Positions 31,880 through 45,296 of a stretch of 64,000 bases of DNA are shown here, one piece after another; positions within the stretch are counted from its first letter, which is position 1; every line of letters starts with the position of its first letter. The translations under genes and the position numbers were made by a program. Below the pieces are notes generated by a model. It ran no database searches, was not told where the DNA came from, and saw nothing but the letters and a program-made list of their open reading frames with translations. Origin of the DNA: the human T2T-CHM13v2.0 reference genome, Homo sapiens; assembly GCF_009914755.1 (NCBI RefSeq), contig NC_060948.1. One strand, written 5' to 3'.

Positions 31880-32770
31880 GATAAACATATGCCATGCTAA
31901 CAACAGCAAGAAGAAAGATGTAGTAACTATATTAATTTCAGACAAGACAGATTTGAGAATAAGGAAAAATATTAAAAGTAAAGAAGGGCATTACATAATG
32001 AGAAAGGAATCAATTCTCCAAAAGATATAAAAATTCTTAATATGTATGTGCTTAACAATGAGCATTGAATATGTGAAAAAAGAAGTGACAGAAATGAAAG
32101 GAGAAATAGAAAAATCTACTTTCATATAGTTGGAGATTTCAACACACTCCACTATCATTATGACAGATTCAGAATTCATAAAATCAGTATGGCCATATTT
32201 GAACAGAATAGTATCTTTAATAAACTAAATCTAACGGAAATTTATAGAAAAATTTATTCAAAAACAGAAAAACAAACATTTTTCTTAAGCTTATATTAAA
32301 CATTTACCAACTTAGAAAGTATTCTGGGCCATAAAACTCACCTTAATTAATTTAAATTAATAGCAATCATACAAAGTATGCTTTCAGACCATAATAAAAT
32401 GAAACTAGAAATCAGTGACTGAAAGTTACATGGAAAACATCCAAAATACTTGGAGAGTAAACGACACACTTTAAAATAACATATATATCTAATAAGAAGG
32501 GTGAAGACAATTTTAGAACATATTTTTAAATATCTCAAATGGAAATTATTGACTTTTGTAGAATAGAACCAAGGCAGTACTTAGAGGGAAATGTATAGCA
32601 TTTAATGCATATACTACAAAAGAAGACAGAACTATAATCAGCAATCAAATTTCCAATGTAGAAAACTAGGGAAATAGCAAATTAAATCCAAAGCATGCAG
32701 AAGAAAAGTCAACATTAGAAATTATAAAAAGAGCAGAAATCAATGAAATTGAAAACAGGAACCCAGCCAA
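31880..32770 (+). mobile_element. Old L1M ORF2 endonuclease region
   Basis: atattaatttcagacaagacagattt, atagttggagatttcaacac, tcagaccataataaaatgaaactagaaatca. Confidence 0.8.
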
Positions 32771-32869
32771 CAAAATAAAGATTATGAGATTTTGATCCTG
32801 TCATCATGTTGTTAGCTGGTTTCTTGTTTTCAATTTCATTGATTTCTATTATTTCTAATGTTTACTTTT

Positions 32870-33400
32870 GTATACCCAGGGGAGTATATGTTGTTCTATT
32901 ATAAAGACACATGCAAGCATGCGTTCATTACAGCACTATTCACAACAGCAAGGACACGGAATCAACCTAAATGTCCATCAATAATAGACTGAATAAAGTG
33001 TGTTACGTATATACCATGGAATACTATGTGTGTGTGTGTGTTTTTTTTTTATAGGATTAAAAAAGAATGAGATCATGCCCTTTGCAGGGACAGGGATGGA
33101 GCTGGAGGCCATTATTCTTAGCAAACTAACACAGGAACAAAAAAACAAATATCACATGTTCTCACTTATAAGTGGGAGCTAACTGATGAGAACACATGGA
33201 CAAATAAAGAGGAACAACACACACGGAGAGTAGAAGATGGTAGGAGGGAGATAATCAGGAAATATCAGTAATGATTACTGGCCTTAATACCTGGATGATG
33301 AAGTAATCTGTAGAACACACCTTTATGACACAAGTTTACCTATATAACAAACCTGCAAATGTACCCCTGAACTTAAAACAATTAAGTTAAAAAATAAATA
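32870..33400 (+). mobile_element. L1PA13-16-type 3' end
   Basis: catgttctcacttataagtgggagcta ... aaacctgcaaatgtacccctgaacttaaaa. Confidence 0.85.
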
Positions 33401-33409
33401 TGAACCCGG

Positions 33410-34521
33410 AATGGAAATGGTCGAAATGCCTGACTTAAATCGCATAGAGTGAAAAGCTGGATTAAAAGACAAGACTTAACTGTCTGTTATCTTTATGAAA
33501 CCCATCTCACATGTAATGACACCAACAGGCTCAAAGAAAAGAAATGAAGAAAGATCTTCTATGCAAATTAAAAACAAAGAAGAGCAGGAGTCACTATTGC
33601 TATGTCAGATAAAGCAGACTTTAAATCAACAACAATTAAGAACAACAAAGACATTACTTAATTACAAAGGTTTTAATTCAACAAGAATACTTAACTATCT
33701 TAAATATATCTGTACTCAGCCTTGGAGCACCCAGACTCATAAAAGAATTTTTTTTTTATTTACAAAAAGCCTAAACACACACACACAGTAATAGTGGGAG
33801 ACTTCAACACCCCCCTGACAGCATTAGACAGATCATCAAGGTGGAAATTCTGAAATTAAACTTTACACTTGACCAACTGGACCTAATAAACATCTACAGA
33901 ACTCCAGCCAATAACTACAGAATATGCATTATTTTCATCTGCATACAGAACATATTCTAAGATTAACCACCTGTTTGGTTATAAAGCAAGTCTCAAAAAT
34001 TTAAAATATTGAAATCATATCAAGCATACTCTTGACCACAGTGCAATAAAAATAGAAATCAATATCAAGAACATCTCTCAAAACTACACAGATACATGGA
34101 ATATAAACAACTTGCTCCTGAATAACTCTTGGGTGAACAACAAAATTAAGGCAGAAGTAAAAAAAAATAAAATAAATGAAAACAGAGACAAAAATTAACA
34201 AATCTTCGAGATACAGCTAAAGCAATGTTAAGTGGAAAATTTACAGTGCCAAATGCCTTCATTAAAAAGTTAGAAAGATCTCAAATTAATAACCTAACAC
34301 TGCACCTAGAGAAACTAGAAAAAAAGAAACTAATCAGCTCCAAAGCTAGCAGAAGAAAAGAAATAACTAAAATTAGAGAACTTAATAAAATTGAGATACA
34401 ATAATCCATAAAAAGATCAATAAAACTGAGTTGCTTCTGCAAAAAACAAATGAGATTGATAGACCAAACATAAGATTGATAGACTAACAAAGTAAAAAAA
34501 AAAAGAGAGAGAAGATTCAAA
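33410..34521 (+). mobile_element. L1P/L1PB ORF2 5' fragment
   Basis: aatagtgggagacttcaacacccc, gaccacagtgcaataaaaatagaaatcaat, tgctcctgaataactcttgggt. Confidence 0.85.
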
Positions 34522-35599
<1,078 letters not shown>

Positions 35600-36267
35600 A
35601 GGATGGAAGAGACAAAACCACGAGAGTTCCTCTATATCACTCACCATGTTTTGTAGCACACTGCATACTTTTATCATATCAGTTATTGCTCTGTATTGTA
35701 ACATGGGGTTTGCCTATCTGTTTGACTCATGGTGTTTTAGGTCAAGGTGTGGTATGGATTTCTAGTGTGCAGTAATATCTAATGGAGTTTTCGCTCCCTT
35801 CAGGTACACAGGATAATTATACTTTCCTTTATCCTTAGGCTGGAGATGGTGCCACAGTTATGGCTAATTGGTTTAAAAAAATCAGTTCCAGTCTTTTCTT
35901 CCCCTGACATGTTATCACATATACATATTCTAAATGGTGTAGCTTCAAGAGAGTGAAAAGTCTATCAGCCTCTGTCCCTGGGTGATTGTGCAGAGCCTCC
36001 GAAATTTGGCAGCTTCTGTAACTGCAGCATAGCCCAACCTACTTGGATGAATTAAAAAAAAAATTAACCTTACTTTCATTGTAGATGTGGAAACAGTAAA
36101 ATAAAATAAGACATTTTAATATAGCTGGGAAGGATGGTAACCATATTATACAATCACAAGAAATTTGGAATAACTGTCATGTTTCACAAATTATTCATCA
36201 GAACATGGAACAAATGAACTTGTAGCCAAAAAGAAGTTAGAAAGCAAAGTAAAAAATGAAAATGTTA

Positions 36268-36345
36268 TTAGACTGGTGCGAAAGTAATTGTGTTTTTTGC
36301 AACAATTTCATTGCAAAAACCTCAATTACTTTTGCGCCAACCTAA
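36268..36345. mobile_element. MADE1 mariner MITE
   Basis: 78-bp palindromic element ttagactggtgcgaaagtaattg...caattacttttgcgccaacctaa with TA on the left. Confidence 0.92.
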
Positions 36346-36754
36346 TGGTAATTGTGTTAGTTGTTATTTGTTGTGTTTGGCATAGTATTATAAGTGAAAG
36401 AAGAACTCTGAAAATAATTGGTTAGTTTCAAAGCGAATAATAATAATGGAAATAGAAAAGTCCAGAAATTCTAGACCTTCCAGTGTTTAAAAGACTACTT
36501 CTGAGCTCCAAATATAAAAGATAAGAGTGATAAGACTTTAAGGAATGAATGCCCAATAAAACGTTTAATCTGATTTAAGTTTCCTCTGGGAAAAGTTTTC
36601 TTAAGAGTGTGGCACCTAATAAAAACTTTTAATTTAATAAAGTAACTCAGAACAAAAATCCCATTAAGTGTGTGGCCTTCCAAGAGACCGTACTAACAGC
36701 CTCATCTCAAGGCAGTCCCCATTAAATTGAGGGAGAGAAGGGAGGTTCACAAAG

Positions 36755-36850
36755 TGTCTCTCTCTCTCTCTGTCTCTCTCTCTATATATATATGTGATAT
36801 ATTATATATAATAAAACTAAAGATAAATATGTAATATATAAATATATAAC
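36755..36850. repeat. (TC)n(TA)n low-complexity tract
   Basis: Direct inspection. Confidence 0.85.
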
Positions 36851-37389
36851 AAATAATAAAATGAAAATATATAGCATAGTGTAATCCATAATATTTTTAT
36901 AATTTATATAATATTGGAGAATATAACTTGAAAAGAACTGGAGCTATAGCTACTGATTTTTTTGCCATAAGAATATGTTTATTTTGGAAGTGATTTTAAT
37001 TCTTTAGCCACAATGTCCCTATATTTTTACATTACCCCTTATTTTTCCATACTATTTATACATTAGATACAGAATTTGTTAGAAGTTAAAAGGGAAAAAC
37101 ACATTCTTTTGCTGAACAATAGCTCATTATATTTAACTTAAAAATTATTAGCTTGTTGAATATCAAAACTTGAAGCTGCTGGGAATCACATTTATTCTTA
37201 GGTTCCAAAATAGTTCTGAGTTCTCAGTAGGAAACCATCTTTTATAAACTATAACAAAACTCTCATCTCAAAATTAAATACTATAAATTGACACAACTAT
37301 ATCTATATTGAATGTCTTTATAATATCCAGAAACCTACTGGCTTTTTAGAAATACAATGAAAATAGATTTACATTCTGGCTTTATAAAT

Positions 37390-39711
37390 CAATTTTTATT
37401 TTAGAAAATTTTAAACATATAGAGAATACTATATGAAACACCACATATTCAACATCTTTAATATCATTTAACCAATAATGTTCTAGTATATATCTCTAAA
37501 ATTCACACCTAAAGAAAACACAGAAAACATGTTTATCACTTATTAACATTTAATAATAATTTCTACAATAAAGTATCACTGAGCCTATTTCTCCAATTTC
37601 TTCATAAACATTTTTTACAGATGTTTTTTCAAATCAGAATCCAAAGAGGCTCTGCACATGCCATATTCCTGGAGTGTTTCCTAAGTGTACTTGACTCTGT
37701 ATGTTCACTGTATTTGTTGGAAAAAGTCACTGGTACTCCTGAGATCAGCAGGGATCAGCATCATCTGGGAACTTGTTAGAAATTAAGTTCTCAGGAAACA
37801 CCCCAAACCTATTGAACCTGAAACTCTAGAGTTAAGAGCCCAGCAATATGCTGATGCATGCTAAAGTTTAAAACCTACTACTATAGTTCTACACACTCAA
37901 GATTTTATAGATTGTATTTTCATGATACCATCTAATATGTTGATCTATCTCCCGTATGTCATACAGATTGTGGTTCTCAGGTACAATTGTTTGGTAATGA
38001 AAATTCATATATAGTGGGTTTCTTTAACTTTCCATAGAATCATATACAAAGATTCATAATGTCCTGTTGTCTCCTTTTACAGTGATAAAAAGTTTGATCA
38101 GTAAGTCAAGTGTGCCAGCTTCATTCATCAATTCATTATTAAATTATCCATTAGCTTTTCACATAATAGTTTCAGCATCCATTTATGATCATTTCTCAAA
38201 TCTGTGATTTCACTAGAATTTGCAAAATGGGACTATACTAATTCTTTCAATTTGTTATTTGTTAGCAGAAGCAATTTTTAAAAACATTTTGCACTGTTTG
38301 GTTACCCTGAGGAACAATTTGTACAAGAGAAGCAGGAAAACTGCCTGACTCTTTCCTTTGCCAGTTTCCAAAACTGGTTCCACAGAAACCTGCAAACTGA
38401 AGTTGTTTTTTCAAATCAACATAATTAATTCATGAATTTGCAATATATTTTATGTGTTTCTATCCACTGCAGTTATTATTACTTTTGATGCTCATATTAT
38501 CTGAACTTTGGCTAGCAGGAAACTCTTTAGGCATCTGAATCCTTTTAACATGATGCAAATCATTTCTTTTTATAGCTTCCCTGTTTTCTGGCATGACAAC
38601 ATGCTCCAGGCTCATTTTGTACATATTGTTCACCACACCCTTTTTTTTTTTATTATTTCTCCAAGACTCTCTGGTTGCCTTAATTGGAAAAATCATAGAG
38701 TTCATCATTGCAAATTTAGGGCAACTCATCACATATATGTTTGTCTTTTTTTTTTCACAGTAGAAATCAAGAAAATAGATTTATAGATTTTAGAATTTAT
38801 ATCATAAATTCTTACTGATATTTTCCATTTAAAATTAGGAGTTCAGAGTATAAGTATCTGTTTAATTATACTGAAAGTCTTAGCTTCCAATGACATTAAC
38901 ACAAATATTTATTTGCTTTCTCTGGCAATATCTACAGAAAAGTTTCCAAATAAAATGATCAATATTGTTAGTAAAAATATAATCATAAGTCAGTTTAATG
39001 TTTCTTTGCATTTTCTTTTGTCCTTAGGATAATCCCTACTAAGGATACGTAGATAATTCATTTTAAAGTCATTTGAAATAATTATCTGTGAGTATAGGCC
39101 TCCAACGAGATACACAGTTCAGATGATATAATTTTTGTATTTTATTTTTAAGTACTGATGTTTCATTTTGATTTCATTTTGTTTATAATGTGTAAGACAT
39201 TTATATACTACCAAAGTCAAATGTATAAGCATGGTAAACTGTCTTCCATTTCCATCCCCTGCACCCTGTCCCTACCACTTTTTATTTAGGTGAACTTTTT
39301 GCTAATTTATTTTAGTATTACCTTATTTTTTGTAAAGAAAAAATAAACAAATATGTATAGATATAGATATGCCCATCTTTCTTAAGTGCAAGTTAGCAAA
39401 CTGTACAAATTGTTATGCATGTGCCCTTTCTCACTTTGTAACGTGTTTTGGATGTCATTCCATAATAGTATACAGAAGTCTTCCTTATTTCTTTTTACAT
39501 TTGCACAGTATTTAATTGTTTGGCTGCTCAATTGTTTTCTTAAACAGTCCCCTGTTACTGGACATTCAGATTGTTTCCAGTTGTTTGCAGTGACAAAACT
39601 AGTGCTGTAAGCAATAATTATGTGTATACATATTTTTATATTTTTTGCTAGATGGCTTTGAGATAGATTCTTAGAAGTGGACTCAGAGTCAAAAGTAAAT
39701 AAACGTGTTTG
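37390..39711 (-). mobile_element. Old L1ME-type 3' region
   Basis: T-rich reverse L1 3'UTR; ORF2 end (ggacattcagattgtttccagttgtttgc) near 39560; continues after 40680. Confidence 0.6.
37730..37880. mobile_element. MER5A hAT relic
   Basis: atcagcatcatctgggaacttgttagaaat...gaaactctagag...gctgatgcatgctaaagttt. Confidence 0.8.
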
Positions 39712-39716
39712 GCCAT

Positions 39717-40275
39717 TGTGATGGTTAATATTAAGTGTCAACTTGATTGGATTGAAGGATGCAAAGTATTGTTTCTGGGTGTTGCCAGGATAGATTAACA
39801 TTTGCATCAGTGGGCTGGGAGAGCAAGATTCACTCTTACTCAGGAAAACACACCCACAATGTGGGTGGGCACCATTCAATTGCCTGCCAGTGTGGCTAGA
39901 AAAAGCAGGAGAAGAAGGTGGAAGAAGCTGACTTGCTGAGTCTTCCAGCCTTCATCTTTCTTCTGTGCTGGATGCTTCCTACTCTTAAATGTGAGAGTCC
40001 AAGTTAGTTGGCTTTTGGACTCTTGAACTTATACTAGTGGCTTGCCAGGGGCTCTCGGACCTTCAGACACAGACTGGAGGCTGTATTGCTAGCTTCCCTA
40101 CTTTTGAGATTCTGGGACTTGGACATAGCCACTACGGGCTTCCTTGCTGCTCAACTTGCAGACAGCCTATTATGGGACATCACCTTGTTACTGTGTGAGT
40201 CATGTCTCCTCATAAACTCCCTTTCATATATACATGTATCCTGTTAGTTCTGTCCCTCTAGATAACCCTAATAAA
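39717..40275 (+). mobile_element. Solo MLT2A2-like (HERV-L) LTR
   Basis: TGTGATGGTTAATATT...; 559 bp; perfect 5-bp TSD gccat (39712-39716, 40276-40280). Confidence 0.9.
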
Positions 40276-40290
40276 GCCATCCTACAAAAA

Positions 40291-40680
40291 TGTGATGGAC
40301 CCTCACCCAAAATTTGGTTTGGATATCAAGGCTGATGGTGCCACATATGCACCAAGAGGGTATAAAAAGTTCTATTACTCACACAATGAGTTTTTCTGAG
40401 AAGAACAGGGCAATGTCTCAAACATAAATAAGGATGCCTTGAGAAAGTGGAGAAAGGAGACCAGTTTGTTTTTTATGGTAGCTGGGAGTGGGGTTAGGGA
40501 AAGAACTACTGCATAGGGGTTAGCACTTGTGTGTTTTGAACTTCCTACTGACACCAAAGGTAAGAGCATCGAGGCTTCCTCATCAGCTTGCCCAGATGTG
40601 TGTGGAAGGGCAAGTGGGAGTTGTTGGGCTTAAAAGTTGTCTGCTGTCCATTACAAAAACTTGAGTCAGACCCTTTTTGT
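40291..40680 (-). mobile_element. ERV LTR-like element (family not assigned)
   Basis: Begins TGT, contains a reverse poly(A)-signal-like context (aagttctattactcaca), GC-richer block interrupting L1. Confidence 0.45.
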
Positions 40681-40800
40681 TAGATCTTGACAAATTCTAC
40701 TCCAAAGTGGTTGTACCCTTTTGTAGTGCCGGATTGCCTATTTTTTCCATAGCTTTGTCCCCAAAAAACAAAACAAACAAACTAACAAACAAACTATGTG

Positions 40801-41136
40801 GTCAAGCTTTTGAATTGTTAATAATCTGATAAGTGAGAAATGGAATGACCATGTAATTTTAATGTTAATGTATTCTGGTAGCTTGTATACATTTTTATAT
40901 GTTTAAGCCGTGGCTAATATGCCCTTATCTTATGCCTATTTTCTGTAAGGCTATTACTGTTTTCTTCTCTTTTTTTACAAGCTGTTTGTATATTATTGAC
41001 ACTGTTTTTCTGTTATATAACTTACATAATTTTTTTAATTTATTTTTTTGCTGATGGTGCTTTCTTTCTGATGAAAGATTTTTTAATTAAATGTTATCAA
41101 ACTTACTAGTATTTTCTCTTACAGAATCTGAATTTT
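40801..41136 (+). repeat. Direct repeat 'a' (L1ME-derived), partner 43035-43360
   Basis: gtcaagcttttgaattgttaataatctga ... ttttctcttacagaatctgaatttt present twice, roughly 88-90% identical by eye. Confidence 0.93.
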
Positions 41137-41153
41137 GGTCTCTACTAAGAAAA

Positions 41154-43017
41154 TAACTCTTCTAAATTTGCATCTGAGGTTATTATATATTTTTATGTAC
41201 TTTATTCATCCATTAGGAATTCTATATTGTCTCTATTAATCTCCTCCTAGACATATCTATGCATTTTAACACTGTTTAAATAATAACACATAAAACTAAA
41301 AGTGGAGTTATCCAGTGTCCATAATAAAATCTACCAATTACTTTGGTAAAATGGGTCTAGAAATCAGGTGGAGCTCAGCAATAATAAGAAAACTGATTAA
41401 TCGTGCCCATCTGACTCATTTTACGTTAAACCTAATGGTTTATTTAACTGACAGCTAGTGTCTCCTTTTAGGATGATTTGAACAGTAATTTAGTGTAATT
41501 TGAGCTTGAGAAGGTACTGATGATATAACAGAAAGATGTGGGTTCATCAATTGGTAGCTATATTTAGGATGATTTTATGGTATTCCAAAATTCTGTACTT
41601 TTGGGGGATTTTGTTGCCTGAAGTGAATGTGGTATAAAGAAGCTGTCATTAAATCTTAGTGATTCAAGGAAACCCAATCTTATATAACTTGCCAAGGAAT
41701 ACATAGCCAAATAGTATTCAATCTCTGAGGAAAAACAGCTGTGTTTTGACATTTTGCATAAACTTTGAAAGTAAAACAAAAAATATTTGCTTAAACTGTC
41801 CTTTCAGATGCTCAGAGTACTTATTGTTTCAAAAGTTTTTTTCTAAAACATGATGCTGTGTGTTCTTTTGCTTTAAAGCAGGCATTTGGTAATTTTGACA
41901 TGGTATTATAAAAATTTACTTTTGAGTCACCTAGCTTCAGAAATCTCCTAAACAATTTACATGTGAAAAACACACTTACACAAGTGAAGTGAGTTACATT
42001 ACAACAAACCTTTTCTACTAGCATTCCCTTTTAAGAGCAAGAAAAAAAATGAAGTTTGGCAACATGATTTAACAGCTGCATATAGTATTTATGCTAAAGA
42101 AATCACATAGCAGATTTTCAGTTACCCACAGAAGGAAGTCCAAGGAGAGCACACAATTAAGCTACACAGATAATCATCTCAACCATGAGTTTCAACCATC
42201 TGAGCTGTCAGTAATTAGCCAATTTTTATTTCACTACTACCCTGGCTATTCTCCCCAGGAACATTACAAGAGATATTCAATAATGACGAACAACAGTGAA
42301 TTATTAGTAACATGAAATATTCCATATTCTGAATGAATATTGTATATTAATTCTTAAATGAGAAACATGATATATCAATGAACAACAAGAGATAGAAATT
42401 GTTGATAGGACAAATTTAATATAAACACTTTGCTTGAAGGATAGAAAGGAGCTTATGTGGGATGGAGCAGCGTACTCAAAAGGACAAATAGCTAAACATT
42501 CTCATAATTTCTTCCACAATAAAATAATGCAATCTTTCCATGAACACACTTTATTTTCTATGTTTCCATAGCCTAAACGCATTATTTGAAACGGCCATTG
42601 ATGTATGAAGACTCGGAAGTAATCATGTGACTATTATAATTTATAGCAAATGTTGAATGGACAGTTTTAGAACACTTTGTAGTGTTTTTGTGATCCATAA
42701 TATATGGCTATCTTCAAAGTTAGCAATTACTTCTTGCACTTTTTTTCTGCTTGTGAAGACTTCAAATTGATCCTTTTTCTAATATTTAGTTCATCTCCCA
42801 AATAATTACTTAACTTTTATCAGCAGCATCTTTTTTGTCTTAATTGGTTCATGATACTATGTCAAAAAGTGATTTAAAAATCTTTCAGTGTCAGAAATGT
42901 AATAAGGAGGGGTGGAAATTATGCTAAACTGTATTTTACTACAAAGGTCATAGTTTCACTTCCAAAATACCATTGCTGCTCTGCTGCAGTTAATTATTTC
43001 CATTCAAAAATGTAAGG
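41154..43017 (+). repeat. Direct duplication copy X of non-repeat-looking DNA (partner 45297-47151)
   Basis: Colinear match; duplicated ORFs 41821/45948 and 42091/46236 in the track. Confidence 0.96.
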
Positions 43018-43034
43018 CCAAGCTTTTGATTTGT

Positions 43035-43360
43035 GTCAAGCTTTTGAATTGTTAATAATCTGACAAGTGAGAAATGGAATCACCATGCAATTTTAATGTT
43101 AATGTATTTTGTGAGGTTGTATACATTTTCATATGTTTAAGCTGTGGCTAATATGCTCTTATGCCTATTTTCCTATAAGGCTATTGCTGTTTTCTTCTTT
43201 TTTTACAAGCTCTTTGTATATTATTGATATTAACTATTTTTCTATTATATAACTAACATGATTCTTAAATTTTTTTTGCTGATGGTGTTTTCTTTCTGAC
43301 AAAAGACTTCTTAAATGTTATCAAACTTATTAATATTTTCTCTTACAGAATCTGAATTTT
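43035..43360 (+). repeat. Direct repeat a' (partner 40801-41136); the old L1 continues to ~43950
   Basis: See partner. Confidence 0.93.
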
Positions 43361-43968
43361 AAGAAGAAAATATTCATTTCTCACAGGTAATAGGTTAAAT
43401 CATCCTTGCCTTCTTCTACTACTGGTATTGTGTTTCACTTAACTTTTCAATCTTTTCAACCTCTGATCTGCTTGAAACACATCAAGGTGTATGGTGTGAG
43501 GAACAGATCAAATTTTGACTTTTGTGTTTTGCTGCTGTGTAGTTCCAACATCACTAATTTAAAAAGCCCATCCTTTCTCCTAATTGTTGTGAGATGTCAT
43601 ATTTGTCATATATAACTTTTTTTTATTTCTTGACTGTTTTTTTCTCTTCCACTGATCCACGTAACTATGTATATGCAAATACTCCACTGATTTAATAAAA
43701 GAAACATGATAATATATTTTGACATTTGGTAGGATTTACCCTCCTATCAACATTGCTATTTTTCAAGGTCCTCCTAAGTATTCTTACTTGTTGGTTTTAT
43801 CAAATGAATCCTAAAACCTAGGCTCATAAAAATGCTTGATGGCATTTTTATTGGAATAGTCTCACATTTAGGTAACTCAAGGAAAATTGACATAATAATG
43901 TTGATTCTTTATTTTCAAGACCACAGTATTCTACTAATTTTGAAAACATTTGTACCACTAAAGATATC

Positions 43969-44673
43969 AGAAACTTCCTTTGCAAAAATTATAACTGAGA
44001 CAATTTTTACAGTGAAAGAGATATGACATAACTGACTCCACCTAGCTTCGAACCTTAAAGTTGTCCTTCATTCTTGGGAGTAGGCCAAACTATCTTTGGG
44101 AGAAACTTAGTTTATGGTTTAGAAACAAAGACAATAATAGCCCTTTCCCAAAACAAATTCCCTTCCTGCCTGGGGACTACACTGCCTTTGCAAGACTAAC
44201 AGATTAGTCACAAAATTAGAAATTATGGTTTAGGAATCATGTAGCTGGAGGCTGCAAGATTCTTAACCTCCCCAAATTGCTCCTGGAGATAACATCACTA
44301 TTGTGAAATGTAAGATCACTGCTTGACATATTTTGCAGACTTTGCATTCGATGTACCAGCAGGCACTATCCAGATTAATCAACTAGCTTGTCTGGTCTTG
44401 TGGCCCCTCATCCAGCAACTGACTCAGGTCAAGAGGACAGCTTTAACTCCCTAAGATTTCATCTCCAACCTGACCAGTCAGAACTCCTGTCAAACTATCT
44501 TCAAAAATTCCAGTCCCTGAATTCTCAGGGAGACTGATTTGAGTAATAATAAAACTTTGGTTTCCTACACAGCTCGCTCTGTGTGAATTACTCTTTCTTT
44601 CTTGCAGCTCCCCTGTCTTAATAAATCAGCTCCGTCTAGACAGTGGGCAAGGTGAATCTGTTGGGTGGTTACA
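43969..44673 (+). mobile_element. LTR8/LTR8A solo LTR (ERV1)
   Basis: gaaacttcctttgcaaaaattataactgagaca ... gggcaaggtgaatctgttgggtggttaca; AATAAA near the end. Confidence 0.85.
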
Positions 44674-44683
44674 AGACTATTTA

Positions 44684-44850
44684 AGTCCTCACTTTATGTC
44701 TTTGATAGGTTCATGGAAACAGCTACATTAAATGAAACAACGTATATAACAAAACCATTTTTTTTCTCTTCATCATTATGTTATTCAAGGACCTGCTGTA
44801 TGTTGCTTCACTTAATGTTGCAGTTTCCAAGAACCTATCCATGATATTGA
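44684..44850. mobile_element. MER82-like Tigger relic with inverted ends
   Basis: gataggttcatggaaacagctacattaaatgaaacaac and its reverse complement gttgcttcacttaatgttgcagtttccaagaacctatc. Confidence 0.7.
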
Positions 44851-45296
44851 CAACATACATTACATACGAAGCATGGAGTTTAACATGAAGAGTGTGTGTT
44901 CTACATGAGGGAAGGAGAAAGAACCACACATTTGGTAACAACAAGACGGCAATCCTGCATGAACTTCTGTGGCCACCTACATTCCGTTTTCCTCTATTTC
45001 TGGGAACACAGGGGAATTTTTTTTCCATCTCATGCAGTTTAGTGGGGTTATCTGCTACGACGACATGAGCATGTATTTTGACTAATACATAAGAACTGTA
45101 TATTTTCTTTTTTATAACTCTGGTGCCCTGTACATTGTATAGACAATTAGAAAATATGTATTAAAAGAATAAAAGTAATCATATTAGAAATTCCAGCAGT
45201 ATTATCCCATGGACTCACATAATTTTTCCATTGTAAATACAGTTAAATATTCAAAGTTGTATTATATATTAGTTTTTCATTAACCTACAATTTTCT

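Noticed and set aside
41472-41513. 42-nt AG..GT-bounded microexon candidate in the identical tract
   Set aside because: Stop codons in all three frames; could only be non-coding and there is no supporting evidence
41821-42315. ORFs preserved in both X and X' (67-76 aa)
   Set aside because: Explained by DNA duplication; no domain similarity and the C-termini differ
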